A DNA stretch of 64,000 bases from Octopus sinensis (GCF_006345805.1 NC_043008.1:8866001-8930000), one strand, 5' to 3'; positions 24,874 to 39,320 are shown, counted from the stretch's first letter. Program-made: numbers and translations. Notes: generated by a model not told the origin, from the sequence alone.

Positions 24874-24924
24874 ACACACACACACACAAATAATCATATA
24901 AATTTTATGTGTGTGTGAATGTAT

Positions 24925-24925
24925 G

Positions 24926-24967
<42 letters not shown>

Positions 24968-24980
24968 GGATGGATGGATG

Positions 24981-25026
<46 letters not shown>

Positions 25027-25090
25027 GGATGGATGGATGGATGGATAGATAGATAGATAGATAGATAGATAATGGATGGATGGATGGATG

Positions 25091-25141
<51 letters not shown>

Positions 25142-25142
25142 T

Positions 25143-25179
<37 letters not shown>

Positions 25180-25283
25180 CAGATAGATAGAAGGATAAAT
25201 AGATAGATAAGACAGATAGATAGATTGATAGATAATGGATGGATGGATGGATGGATGGATGATGGATAGATAGATAGATAGAT
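24925..25283. repeat. (GATA)n/(GATG)n microsatellite
   Basis: Direct reading of the sequence. Confidence 0.97.
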
Positions 25284-26172
25284 TGGGATCCGTAAGATAA
25301 AATCAGAAAAGAGTAGTAGTAGTAGCAGCTTCTGAAGCAGGGAAGCGAGAGGAAGGAAAAATAAAAATATGGTGGTGGAGATGGTGGTGGAGATGGTGGT
25401 GGAGATGGTGGTGGTTGCGGCGGCGGCGGCGGTGGTTTATAGCATGATGGATCTGTGGATTTGATTTTCTCATGTTTCTTCCAATTAAATCATTTCTTCC
25501 CCACCAAGTCTACTAATTATTTTATGATGTATAATATCAATTACAATTATTTCAAAAGAATTTTTCTTATTAAATTTCGAAACTCAGATATAACAGCCTT
25601 CTCAACTGAACGAAGAACATAATGTTTATATCATTATTTTGACATATACGTAAGATAAACTGTACACATATGTATATCAAAGGTAGAACGTACACAGAAA
25701 ATACGGAGTTGTGTATACACACTAATACTCACTTGTAAATATACAACTATATTCATACAGAAGAATTTGCTGAAGTTTACGTAACACGCCGTAGAGCATA
25801 TGAATGCATTAATTCCATCCAAAAAAGTACTTTTAGCTTTGATCTAAAATATTTTTGGAGTCATGAACCCCGAGAGAGAACGCAAGTCTGACAGCTTAAG
25901 GATCGCGATTTACACTTAGCTGGTTCTCATTCAATTTCGACGCTGTTAGATTCACTCATGCTCTCTCAACCAGATAGTTTCTACATCAGTCAAAAGCCAG
26001 ACTAAAACATCTTATATAGAAGATATTTTCCTATGCTTTATGCGTGTTTTATACTTTTTCCATGACGAATCCACATCAGCACATGATACTTTGAGTATCG
26101 ATTTATACATTTGTGATATACATTTATATATATATATGTATCTTGAATGTGTATATATATATATATATATAC

Positions 26173-26205
<33 letters not shown>

Positions 26206-26357
26206 TGTATCTAAACCTACTTGGAAATATATATAAATGTATATATATATTCTTTATATTATTATTATTATTATTATTATTATATTATATTATTATTATT
26301 ATCATTATTATTATTATTATTATTATTATATTATATTATTATTATTAATTCACTATC

Positions 26358-26389
<32 letters not shown>

Positions 26390-26490
26390 TATTATTATTA
26401 TCATTATTATCATTTTTTAAATTATTATTACTATTATTATTATTATTATTACTATTATTATTATTATTATCATTATCATATATGTGCCGT

Positions 26491-26605
26491 GAAGGCGCAT
26501 GGTTCAGTGGTTATAGCGTCTAACTTACGATCGCGAAGTTGTGAGTTCGAATCCCGGACCGGGCTGCGTGTTGTGTTCTTGAGCAAAACACTTTATTTCA
26601 CGTTG
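26491..26605 (+). mobile_element. SINE family D head
   Basis: GAAGGCGCATGGTTCAGTGGTTATAG..GAGTTCGAATCCCGG..GTTCTTGAGCAAAACACTTTATTTCACGTTG, directly after (TTA)n at 26260-26478. Confidence 0.85.
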
Positions 26606-27219
26606 TGCGTGTGCACGTGTGCGCGGTGCGCGCGTGTGTGTGTGTATTATATTAACTTTCTATTTACTGGCAACAAGGACCCTCTTTAGGGCTTTTGTAG
26701 TTTTTTTTCTTTTTAAGGTTCAGACGGTAACATTGATATCCGTAGGAGACACCGTTCTTCACTCGTTTATTACCGTTCTTCTTCTACCTCGTGTCCATTG
26801 GAGTCTTTTAAGGTATAGAGCCTCTCAGCAGAGTTTGTTACTGTAACAAGGATATCCGTAGGAGACAGCTTCAGTGTTCCAATGAATGCCGCAGCTGCAA
26901 GATAGATTGGAAAATCTGTAACTGCTCTTGCCAAGCTTCAAGCAACAGGAAAACTAGACAAATGGTGATTTTTTACCGATGCTTGAGTTACTTCAACTGT
27001 CTTTGTTTGTGATTCTTAAAAGTTTTCCTCTTCATTTGCATTGGGCAGGAAATAAGTGAGGCCGAAAAAACACCAACACATCAAAAGTTATTTTGAAGAA
27101 TGCTTGTGTAAGACATGTATCACATTCTAAAATGTTTGGAGTGGTTAGCCAGAAGGAAAACAGAAAATGGCAGCCCAGAGATAGCAAGCACCACTGTTTT
27201 TTTTTTCAAGTAATGGGTA

Positions 27220-27517
27220 AGGTAAAGACTGCCTGTGCTCATGAATGACATATGAGATTGCTCCTAGGAAGTTACCCCACGAAGCACAATTCCGGGCAAG
27301 TTGTTGTTTATGGAAGACCAGTTGTCGGTCATGCATGCCAGCCTCCCGCCTCTGTACACCACTGATGTTGTCTAAGGGAAAAGCAAAGGCTGATACAGCT
27401 TGGCAACTAGTGTCGTCGCAAGTGAAATAAAGTGCTTTGCTCAAGAACACAACACACAGACCGGTCCTGGAATCGAACTCGCTACCTCATGATTGTGAGC
27501 CCGACGCTCTAACCACT
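27220..27517 (-). mobile_element. SINE with D-type head and a different tail
   Basis: Minus strand GTGGTTAGAGCGTCGGGCTCAC..GAGTTCGATTCCAGG..GTTCTTGAGCAAAGCACTTTATTTCAC, then a tail unrelated to 15518-15835. Confidence 0.75.
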
Positions 27518-29519
27518 GTTCTATTTCTTGTTTCAAGTAAAAATTATCTATATACACATGTGAAAACACTTACGTATTTAAACACACACACACACACATT
27601 CAAACAAACTCACATTCAAACATACACTCGAGTGCGCGCGCACACATACACTCTCTCTCACACACATACATGAATATATACACATACACACTGACACTTA
27701 GATGACTAGTGACACTCCTGGGCACGTCCTCTCCTTCCATCCGATAAAGTCACCGACCAGCAAAACATACAACCGGTTGTGCGTTACACTTTACCAAAAA
27801 TACTCACGAACGGCTTGATATAACAACGACGATTAATATACACGCATAGATGAACATTATGATTATAAAATATTTCCCTGACGTGGTCTAATAAGACCAA
27901 AACGTGAAGTTTTAACCACACTGCTAACGATCAGACTCCCTTGATACTACATTCCATATTTAATTAATTTTATTTAATTAATACTTCAGGTTATCTCTCT
28001 TGCCTTTCTTTAACGAGAATTAGTCATTTAGATAAGGTCTGTTTTCACCGATAAAGATGTAACTTTAATTAAAATCTCTTTGTTTATTATATCAATTATG
28101 CTAGCCACCCAACTTACTATAAACGATTAGACGCAATCAGCGGTTGCTGCTGGTACATACAAGTATGAGTGGGCTTCCTAACAATCCTTAATAATGTGAC
28201 AGTCATTTATCAACTTAGTGTTCGTCTGACTAAAGGTGAAATCAATATCAAGAAAGAAAATAAATCGATAGAATTCGAAGAAACAGTCGTGTGTTGTCTT
28301 AAGTATTAAACAAAGTTTAGTTTTGCCATTAAAGTCCCACCAAAGCTAGTTCAGTTTCATTTGTGCAGGTCTATAAAACAGTAATATATTAGTCCTATTT
28401 CATAGAATATCCTTCCCCTTATAAGAATTACTCTCCGATTAGTTTATCACGTAAACCATGTGATAAACTCACAGCTACCATGAGATACCGAAGCGGTTTT
28501 ATTCACAAGTTCAAATCATTTCACTTTACTTACAATACTTAACGACCACAGTGAGATACCAAAATATCACGGTGTGTGTTTCACCTTCAATAAAATATCG
28601 GAACTATACGACTAATCAGCGAAAAACCAATATCATGCAGACTTTGTTTTATTGATCTTAAACAGTGTATTTAAAGGAAACGTTATTATTCGTCATTAAT
28701 TGAAACCAGATTTGTTCTGTTTTGATGAAGATAAATGGCAGAATTCTTTAATGAATTACCAAAACTGATGTATGAAATGTAACAAAAAGTTAATCGCATT
28801 CCGAATCTTATTAATCCACAGAGTTCAAGTTTACCTCCGGTTTACGTATCTGTATACAGAGATAGAAGATAACTCACGCTGTTGATAGGAGCCTGATATT
28901 TCACAGGTCAAGCAGCTTTGAAATAATCGCCAGCAGCCATCAAAAATATTCATTAATAACCCAGAGATGTTGCTGTCTAATTGACCACCCGCTGTATTTA
29001 TTGTCGAGTGTAGCATCCGCTCTATCTTAATCTGTTCTACCACCAGCTAAATATATTTATTGCTAGGCCGGCTCAGCTATTCAAAATTGTGTTGGTCACG
29101 GACATAATGTAAATGTCAGTTAGAAGTTATGAAGCGATGACCTACCAATAAATTATCGGGTAGGCCTGTCGACCCGTACATCGGCGTACTGGCAAGTTTA
29201 CGAAGAGGCCTGTTTTAAAATTCAAATGTGATTTTTATTTAATTCAATAATATGGAAACAGGATGACAAATTACCATTTATGAATATGCTATTAGTGAAA
29301 GCCATTCAGATAATATACAGAGTCCCTAAGGTGCATTTTTGAAATGCTAAGTAAGTGGATCCAACTTTGTTCAATTAAATACGAGCTAAACATCGTCGAC
29401 AAGCCGCTCCATAGAATACAAGACAACGATATTGCTACATTGTAATAGAGTTCACTTGGAATGTTTATTTGTAGACCTGCTTTAATTTAGTGACGTATTT
29501 CTTAGGGGAATATGTTATA

Positions 29520-29548
29520 TACATACATACATATGTATACTTACATAT

Positions 29549-29631
<83 letters not shown>

Positions 29632-30205
29632 TATATATATATGTTATATATATATAGATATAGATATATGCATGTATACCTATATACTTGAATGCATGCA
29701 TACATAAATACATATTTACAAACATAAATACAAACATACAAACATACATACATGCATACATAAATACAAACATATATAAATACATACATTCATACATACA
29801 TGCATGCATACACACATACATACATACATACATACATACATACATACATACATACATACACACATACATACATACATACATGCATACATACATACATATA
29901 TACATACATACATACACACACACATACATACATACATACATACATGCATACATACATACATACATACATACATACATACATGCATGCATACATACATACG
30001 TATATACATACATACATACATACATACATGCATGCATGCATGCTACATACATACATACATTCATACATACATGCATGCATACGTACATACACACACACAT
30101 ACATACATACATACATACATACATGCATACATACATACATACATACATCCATGCATGCATGCTACATACATACATACATACATACATACATACATACATG
30201 CATGC
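29520..30205. repeat. (TA)n then (TACA)n microsatellite
   Basis: Direct reading; source of the YVCM/HTYI ORFs. Confidence 0.97.
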
Positions 30206-30344
30206 ATGCAAATGCATGCCAAGGACCAATCAATTGCGTTTATACTTCCATTTGAATGTGTTGACTTTTCCTTTGTGGAATGTAATTATTCGGAAATGAA
30301 TATTCCTTGCTGAACCCTTTCATACTCTTTCTCGTGTTCTTGGG

Positions 30345-30361
30345 GATGCTGCTGCTGCTGA

Positions 30362-30394
<33 letters not shown>

Positions 30395-31879
30395 ACTGCT
30401 TGTTATGGTCACAGTGATTGTGATGATGATATTGATGATGATGATGATGATGATGATGATAACGACGACGACGAAAATGATAATGAATATAATGGCTGTA
30501 GAGATGGTAGTGGTGGTTGTGGTGGTGGTGGTGGTGGTGGTGGTGGTATTGGTGGTGGTGGTGGTGGTGGTGGTGTTGATGGTTGTGGTGGTGCTGGTGG
30601 TGGTGGTGATCGTGGATGGTGGTTGTGGTGGTGGTGGTGGTGGTGGTGGTGGTGGTTGTGGTGGTATTGGTGGTGGTGATGGTGGTGGTGGTGATGGTGG
30701 TGGTGGTGGTGGAGGAGGTGGTGGAGGTGGTGGTGGAGGTGGTGGTGGAGGTGGTGAAGGTGATGGTGGTGCTGCTGAAGATTGTGTGGTGGTGTGGTGG
30801 TGATGGTGGTGGTTGTGTGGTGGTGATGGTGGTGTGTGGTGTGGTTGTGGTGGTGGTGGTGGTGGTGGTTGTGGTGGTATTGGTGGTGGTGGTGGTGGTG
30901 GTGGTGGTGGTGGTGGTGGTTGTGGTGGTATTGGGGTGGTGGTGATGGTGGTGGTGGTGATGGTGGTGATGGTGGTGATGGTGGTGGTGGTGGTGGTGGT
31001 GGTGATGGTGGTGGTGGTGGTGTGGTAGTGATGTGGTGATGGTTGGTGGTGGTGGTGGTGTGGATGGGTGGTGGTGGTGGTTGTGGTAGTGTTGGTGTGG
31101 TGGTTGTGGTGTTGGTGGTGGTGTGGTGTTGGTGGTTCTGGTGGTGGTGGGATTGGTGGTGGTGGCGGTGGTGGTGATGGTGGTGATGGTGGTGGTGGTG
31201 GTGGTGGTGGCGGTGGTGGATGGTGGTGGTGGTGGTGTGGTGGTGGTTGGTGGTGGTGTTGGTGGTGGTGGTGGTGGTGGTGGTATTGGGTGGTGGTGGC
31301 GGCGGTGGTGGTGATGTGGTGATGGTGGTGGTGGTGGTGGTGGTGGTGGTGGTGATGGTGGTGGCGGTGGGTTTGTGGTGGTGGTTGGTGGTGGTATTGG
31401 TGGTGGTGGTGATGGTGGTGGTGGTGGTGGTGGTTGTGGTGGTGCTGGTGGTGGTGGTATTGGTGGTGGTGGCGGTGGTGGTGGTGATGGTGGTGGTGGC
31501 GGTGCTGGTGCTGGTGCTGGTGCTGATTGTGGTGGTGGTGCTGGTGTTGCTGGTGGTTGTGGTGGTGGTGGTTGCTTTGGTTGTTGTGGTGGGAAGTGCT
31601 ATGATGACGAGCGTCAAGACGACGGTAATGTTTCTGCTGCTACTGTGGCTGCTGCTGCTGCTGATTAGGATGATGATGATGATAGTCGCGATGGTTGTGG
31701 TGTTGCTGTTATTGCTGATGTTGCTGATGTTGCTGTTGTTGATGGTGCTGGTGGTAGTGGTGGTGATGATATGATGATGATTGTGATGATGATAATGGCG
31801 ATGATGATGGTGATGATGATGATGATGATGATGATGACGATAGTGATGACGATGATGATGATGATGATGATGACGATGG

Positions 31880-31910
<31 letters not shown>

Positions 31911-31970
31911 AGTGATGATGGATGATGATGATGACGATAGTGATGACGATGATGATGATGATGACGATGG

Positions 31971-32005
<35 letters not shown>

Positions 32006-32097
32006 GTGATGATAGTGATGAGGATGATGATGATGAGGAGGAGGAGTATGATGATGAGGGTGATGATGATGATGATGATGAGGAGGAGGAGGATGAA
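30345..32097. repeat. ~1.75-kb compound triplet array (GCT)n-(GAT)n-(GGT)n-(GCT)-(GAT)n
   Basis: Direct reading; G-rich plus strand with about 1.1 kb dominated by GGT. Confidence 0.97.
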
Positions 32098-32619
32098 GTT
32101 GATAACTCCAAAGAATATAAGCAATGGTGCTAATAACTCATCAAAGAACAGAACAAAACAAATATGGCATTAATGTGGAGGGGGGTAGGGAGAGTCATTT
32201 TGTGTGTGTGTATTTATGTGTGTGTGTGTGTGTGTGTGTTTCTGAACGTGCATATATATGTGTGCATGTGTATGTGTGCGTATTTCTATGTATGTACAAG
32301 TGTGTATGTGTGCGCATTTGTATGTATGTACAAGTGTGTATGTATGTATGTATGTATGAACAAGTGTGTATGTGGGTGGGAAGGTGTAGGTGGGTGGAAG
32401 TAAGGAGTTATTTGTATTGGGCTGAATATATCTAATGAATAATTAAATTCTTTTCTTTCAAGAAACGGAAACTAATCTGAATATCAGATTACAAAATATT
32501 TTACATATTTATTAACAAATAACGTTCTCTGCTGTTTCTGGTCATTTTTTTTTCTTTCCTATAATTTTTTCCTTATCCAATATGCATAATTCTCTGTGAG
32601 CACATATATGTATGCATGC

Positions 32620-32689
<70 letters not shown>

Positions 32690-32758
32690 TATGTATATGT
32701 ATGTATGCATGTATGTATATATATATATATGTACGTATCTATGTATCTACCTATGTAT

Positions 32759-32803
<45 letters not shown>

Positions 32804-32838
32804 TACATATGTATACAAATATACATATAAATATATGC

Positions 32839-32894
<56 letters not shown>

Positions 32895-34733
32895 TACATG
32901 TATATATATATACGCACATATATATATATATACATACACATTCATATATGTAACATTTTATGCATACGCACAAACATATATTGCCATGAATATATATGTA
33001 GCCATTTGTATGTATATGCAAATATATACACAAAAGTGTGCGTGCGCGCGTATATGTTATATATGTGTACAAAACATAAATATGCGAAAGAGAAACAGAA
33101 AATAACCATTAAAAAAAAGCTTGCTATTAAAATGCAACGATAAAAGAATATTCCGGTTGTATAGTTCCACCATTGTGAATTACAAAAAAACAACAATGGA
33201 CGAATCTATTTTCGCTTGTTAGATATTTTGCATATCAATTTAATACAAAATTTGATGGAATAGGGATGCATACTTTAATAGGTTTTAAATTTTTATTATT
33301 TCTGCCTCTCTCAGGGTATGAACCACACATTTACAATAGGTCGGCATTTCCCCACCACATTAGCTGGCCCTCTCAGGTTCTGTATCCTTGAACCGGAAAC
33401 TCCTCGAGGCAGTAGTCGTATTTTTGACCCTGGAGAGAATTGAGCGTTGCATTACTCGTGTGTGAGGTCGAGTTAATTTAAGACCTGTTTTATCACAAGT
33501 CAAACTTTCTTAACTTAAATTCCTAACCTCAGTCAATTGGCCCAATGATAAAATCTCTCTCACTCTCTCTTACTCTTTTACTTGTTTGAATCATTAGACT
33601 GCGGTCATGCTGGAGTACCGCTTTCAGCACTTAGTGGAACAAATCGACCCATTATTAATGGTTTTCTCTGTTTTCTTTCTTTATTTAAATCCTTAAATCT
33701 TTTTAAATGTTTTAGCCCGAAGGCCCCGGCCATGCTGGGGCACCACCGCTGAATGAGCTACACTAATATGTGAATCCACCTCTGATACGTGGCACTTGGT
33801 CAACAAGGGAGTTCGATGCCGCTGCCTGCATCTGTGTCTCCTGTCGTGAGGTAGGTTCATCTGGGACCCCGACAAAAGAGATCCAGTTTAGTTTTAAAGA
33901 AACCCACATCCACACCATGCAAGTCTCTCAGGCATTTAAGGAGGATGTTAAAGAGCTGTGGTCCTCTGAAACCCAAGCTGTTGCAGTATCTGGTCCTGTA
34001 TTTTGATGGTGATGTTGTAATTGCCAAACCTGGTGCTTATACTGTCACTCTCTTTCGCCCAACAACGAACAGACTGGGACAAAAGCAAATCAACAATTGC
34101 CAAGCGTTGGGAGAACAACACCAAAATCACTCAAATCAATACACCCATATACATATACAAATATCTATGTTTACGACGAATTTGCCCACGGTTTCTTTCT
34201 ACCAAATTCAGTCATGCGTCGGCTATAGAAGACTCATACCCAGAGTACTGCAGAGAAGGATTGAACCCTAAACCACGCGGTTGTGAAGAAAGCGTCTTAA
34301 CCATAGGGCTATGCCTGTGCTTAATATATCTTTTAACCACTTTCGAACCCATGCTGAAACAGCGGATGTATACAAATATGTTGAAATCATACCATGATAT
34401 AAACATAGCCAGCCTACAACATTTGCAATATTGTGTCTTCCAATGTACCTAGCATGCCAGCTCTCTGCCTCCACAACACAGATCTTAACTCCTGGTTAAC
34501 TCTCTAAGTAAGCTGGATTTATATTGTCTTTCGGACACCATACGAGACAACAATTCTGATTCAAGCCAGCGTAACTGAATGTTTTTATCGTGCAGGCCCA
34601 AAGTATTAACTTTCCGTGGTGATCATTCAGAGCTTTAGTCAACGATATATGTGTGAGAGCATATATGTGTGTTTGTATATATCTCTAATTTAATTTATAT
34701 ATATACATATATATATGTGGGGGGGGTGCGTGT

Positions 34734-35036
34734 GGAGGCACGTGGCCTAGTGGTTAGAGCAGCGGACTCGCGGTCAAGGGATCGCGGGTTCGAATCTCAG
34801 ACCGGGCGATGTGTGTGTTTATGAGCGAAACACCTAAGTTCCACGCGGCTCCGGCAGAAGGTAATGGTGAAACTTCTGCTGACTCTTTCGCCACAACTTT
34901 CTCTCAATTCTTTCCCCCTGCATCTTGCAGATCAGCTGCGACGGACCGGCGTGTCGTCCAAGTGGGGAACCTATACGCCAAAGATACCGGGAAACTGGTC
35001 CTAATGAGCCAGGCGTGGCTTGAGAAGGAACAAACA

Positions 35037-35037
<1 letters not shown>
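34734..35037 (+). mobile_element. tRNA-derived SINE family C, full length
   Basis: GGAGGCACGTGGCCTAGTGGTTAGAGC (A box), GGGTTCGAATCTC (B box), body ending GAGAAGGAACAAACAA then (TA)n. Confidence 0.88.
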
Positions 35038-35117
<80 letters not shown>

Positions 35118-35120
35118 GTA

Positions 35121-37497
35121 TTGGCTACATTGTCGTGACGTCTCTTATGTTCCTTCTGGACTAGTGGCGTATATTGGCTGGTAATATGCCATACTGTTTC
35201 ACCGTTTTGTCCACAGATTCTGCACTTATCACTTTCTGATGTACTGTCTATTCTGTATTCTATGTGGTTTGTTCTTAGTGCTTGCTCTTGGGCAGCACAT
35301 ATTAGAGCCTCCGTTTCCGGTTTTAAATCCCTTTTAGTCATCCACAGCCATCTTTTTTTCTCTCTCTGTCTTATCTTCAACATCTCTATGAAATTGACCA
35401 TGCGTTCTTTTCTTTACCCACCTATTTTCAGTTTCATTCACTCTCAATTGCTTATATAGTGTTTTATCTTTGCAATCTTTCATCCTACATAAGCCTGACC
35501 TTCTTCTAGTAATAGCGGTTCTGTAGCATTTTTTACATACCATGCTATGTTGTTTTCTTCTGCTCTAATGCTGTGTTCGCATCCCCCTCTTTTTCTTGGT
35601 ACATACAGTCTGTTTGTGTCACCTTTTGGGTGGAGTCACCCATATCTAGTTAGCAACTTGCTTGTCTTTCTGTCTAAGCTGTTTGGTTCATCTACTGTCC
35701 ATGCGATTACCGCTGCTCCATATCTAAGGAGTGGAATCGGCCAGGTGTTGATAGCTTCGATCTTCTTCAGTCCTTTTAATTTCGACTTAAAGGTCAGTCT
35801 CAGTCTGCGCAAGTACTCCACCTTAATTTTTTCTGTTATTACCTTTTCCTTCAATTTATGCATTTCCAAAATCCCTAAGTACTTATAGCCCGTCTCTTCT
35901 ATCAGCTTCATAACCTCCCCTGACGGTATTGTTAGCCTGTCCATACATTTGATTTTGCCTCTCTTTAAGACTAACACACCACACTTTCTCAGTCCGAACT
36001 CCATTCTGATATCAGCACTGAAGGTATTCCCCGTATCAACGAGGGTACTGATTGGGCTTCATCTTTACCATAAAGTTTGAGTTCATCCATGAATAAAAAA
36101 TGGTTGAATTCTTGTTGGTGGCTTTTGAATACATACCCAGCGTTTGCTTTCCTCAGAATTAATGTTAGTGGTATCAAGCACAATACAAAGATTAGTGGGG
36201 ACAGACAGTCCCCTTAGAAGATGCCTCTCCTAATTACTACTGTCCCTAAACTTCTTCCGTATGCTGTCAGGTCCGTCCTTCAATTCGCCATGCTTTTTCC
36301 AAGCAACCACTCAACATTCGATGCAATCCGAAACAGGCTCATACACTCCATAATCCAAGAATGTGGGAGCATATCGTACGCCTTACGATAGTCGATCCAT
36401 GACATGGCTAAGTTACTTTTCCTCCTCTTGCAGTCTCTGAGTACAATTTTATCTATCCGGTGTTGATCCATGGTTCCTTTGCACTTACGCTTTGCAACCC
36501 TTCTTCTCATGTGCCAGGACTCCATTTTTTCCAGATGTTCGTACATTGACTCTGCGAGTATTCTAGTCAATAACTTCTACATAAGTAGCAAACAGGATAT
36601 CGGCCTGTAATTGTCTACCGTATTAGCTTTTTCGATGCTTTTCAGGCACAGCACTGCCCTACCCAATGTCAACCATTCTGGTATTCTTTGGTCGGCATTT
36701 AACAAGGTGTTGTGTTGCGCAGCTATTCGTGCATGACATTCACCAAATCTTTTGATCCAGTAGCCTTGAACGCCATCTGATCCCGGGACCTTCCAGTTGC
36801 TCATTTTTTTATGATTTCCTTCACGTCCTTAACTGAAATGACTAATTCGGCCTGTTTTGGACAGACTACTATTTGTTTCAGTTCTTGCAATCATTCAGCA
36901 TCCTTCTTGTGCTCCTTGTCTTTGCTCCAGATGTCACTCCAAGACCTTTGACTTTCAATGTTATCTGGTATCAACTTTTCATCTTTTCACCCTCCATTTA
37001 TTTCTTTATAGAATCACATCTGATCTACTCTGAATAAACTATTCTGGTGGTAACCCTTCATTCTTTGGTCGTATCTTACCATCTTTGCTTTCTTTGCAAC
37101 GAGGCGCTGTTTCAATTCCTCCACTGGTACTTTCAGGCCCTTTCTTTGTGAGCAGAGGAAGACGGTGAGGTACGTAGGTGTACAGGGAACTTTATATATA
37201 CACGCCCTGTATTTTTATTCGCTTTTAAGCTCTCCTTTCTCTTTTCGGTCTAACACAGAGATTTCCTTCGCGAGCATATCTAACCCTGCCTGGATTCTTC
37301 TTTGCCACAATGGATCTTTTCTTTGGTCACTCCCATTGTGCTTCTTTTTCTTGACATCAACATCCACATTTTCTGCTACAAGAATTCTTGCTGCCTTGAT
37401 CAAATTATTTCTTTCTGTGATGTTGTTTGTTCTGATGTTTTCCAGAATTTCATTGACATTTTTCATTTCTTGGTTCAATTTCCATCGATCAACCTCT
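35121..37497 (-). mobile_element. R4/Dong-clade non-LTR retrotransposon relic (RT + CCHC knuckle; RLE end lost)
   Basis: Minus strand NYRPISCL, WIDYRKAYDMLPHSW, HFLFMDELKLYG (YMDDLKL), FGLRKC, YKYLGILE, then CRICGQNGETVWHI..HKRRHDNVA; many stops and frameshifts; 5' end abuts (AAC)/(AAT)n. Confidence 0.92.
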
Positions 37498-37585
37498 TTT
37501 TACTATTGTTGTTGTTGTTATTATTATTATTATTATTAATATCATTATCATTATTATTAATAATATCATTATTATTATTATTATT

Positions 37586-38072
37586 GAGTGAGAGAGCAGT
37601 TCATGCCATCAAAGTGACACTGGGTAAATATACGAAGCCAATATACCCATCATGACTACCCGTCTGATAAAGGTACACCAGGCACATGCATCACAACCAT
37701 ATGTGTGCGACATGGTGATTCATATCAAGATAAACAGCACATGACCTTGCAGGTGGGGCCCAGTTAGAATTTTCTTCAGGTTGAGTAGCCCATCCCGCTC
37801 AAACGGTCCCTGAATAAGGGTTGTTTAAGGATGTTGAAAGAACCACCCATGTTTCCAGAGGTGAACTATTCAAACTCCAAAGAATCCCTCTCAACACATG
37901 GCTATGATGCTCCCCCACTACTTCTGCTCGTGATCGAGATGCAACATGGTCGTCACCACTAGGGACATGCTCAAAACTGGTTAAGGTCAAACAACTGACA
38001 AGCAAATCTGTGGTATTGAGCAGAATATTTGCTGTAGCCCATCTTTTATACCAAGACAAAACAATGTACATG
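37586..38072 (-). mobile_element. Element E: ~490-bp non-coding interspersed repeat flanked by (AAT)n on both sides
   Basis: Sharp boundaries against TTA repeats; second partial copy at 9278-9338; no ORF; orientation inferred from the CACTC-AATAATAAT tail on the minus strand. Confidence 0.6.
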
Positions 38073-38085
38073 ATTATTATTATTA

Positions 38086-38116
<31 letters not shown>

Positions 38117-39320
38117 TTATTATCATCATCATCATCATCATAAAATATTCAATTTTATTCATTGTTATGAATTTTTCTTTAATTTTGTTTTCGTTTTCTA
38201 CTAAATGCCTTCTCGACACCTAGGGCAAAACGAAAATCACTGTATAAATTAATAAGCCATTAAAATAAACACACCATTTCCGAAATCAAATAAAGCAATT
38301 TAAAAGAAAACCATTTTTATGGGTGCCCATATTATTATTGTTTCCATATATACAGTATTTTCCTTATGCTTACAAATGCTGTTATTAATAACATTCACAC
38401 TACCTTCACCAATATTAGTATTACCAACAATATTTCTGTTATTAATGTTAATAGCTTACTTTACAATCTCCATTATATTTCTACTTTCGTTTTTAGCTCT
38501 TATATTTGTCGTTTCTCTAAAAATTGTAGTGACTCATTTTTCTCAAGTGATTCTCACTGAGGTGGTAGTTATTGTTATAAGTGATAGAGCAGTATATGTA
38601 CCATTGTTAATGCTATGCAAACGTTTATGATATTCTTCTTACTGTTGTTATTATTATTACATTTATAAGCATACGTTAATAAAAATGTATGCTTGTACAA
38701 AAATTATTCCTAGCTGATTCATATACGCAGCTTTCAATAATACCCCAAGTGTATCCAAAAGAGCAGTTAACTTTTTTCTCTTATCATCAACTGTATTAGC
38801 TATTCATTCCAAACACTAATCTGCTGAGTTGTTTGAAAATACAAAGTATTCAATATGAAATGATACAGTAAGCCTTTCATTTCTTTCCACACTCAAACGC
38901 ACGAGTTGCCACACATGCACATACAAAAAAGTGCACCTATATATATATTTGAATTTACGGTTATATGTTCACGTACATCTGTACGGAGAGCCTTGCAATA
39001 TTTTTTATTAGGTTTTCACACAAATGTAGGCACACAATAATTTATGTTACAACAATATATATATATATACATACATATTCATATATATATATGTATATAA
39101 ATATATATATATATATATAGGAATATCATTTCAAAAGACATCACATCAGCCAAAGGTATTTTTTTTCAAACCCATTTCTTATAGGAATAATAATACAAAA
39201 TATTAAATGCTGAGCGGCAACAATTACTCTTTGAAATGCAATTCTAAGGTAAGAAACATATGAATTGTAAATATGCTGCTAATATATACATTCATAATTA
39301 CAAAGGCGTCACATGCACAC

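Noticed and set aside
29465-30313. YVCM/HTYI/IYLS-type ORFs here and at 17587-18228, 41411-41998, 43106-43640, 60331-60978 etc.
   Set aside because: Translations of (TACA)n, (GATA)n and (TA)n repeats.
30409-32124. 571-aa ORF (poly-His/Thr/Pro/Ile) and overlapping poly-Val/Gly/Asp ORFs as real genes
   Set aside because: They lie entirely within triplet microsatellites that lack stops in several frames on both strands, with no domain or complex sequence.
34734-34812. Functional tRNA genes (this and the other A/B-box heads)
   Set aside because: Each head runs straight into a conserved SINE body and tail shared by many copies, and acceptor stems are incomplete; treated as SINE heads.
37900-38072. 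HDV-like ribozyme at the 5' end of element E
   Set aside because: One 8-bp helix is possible, but the G1 start, P1.1 GG and J4/2 C required for the HDV fold were not found.
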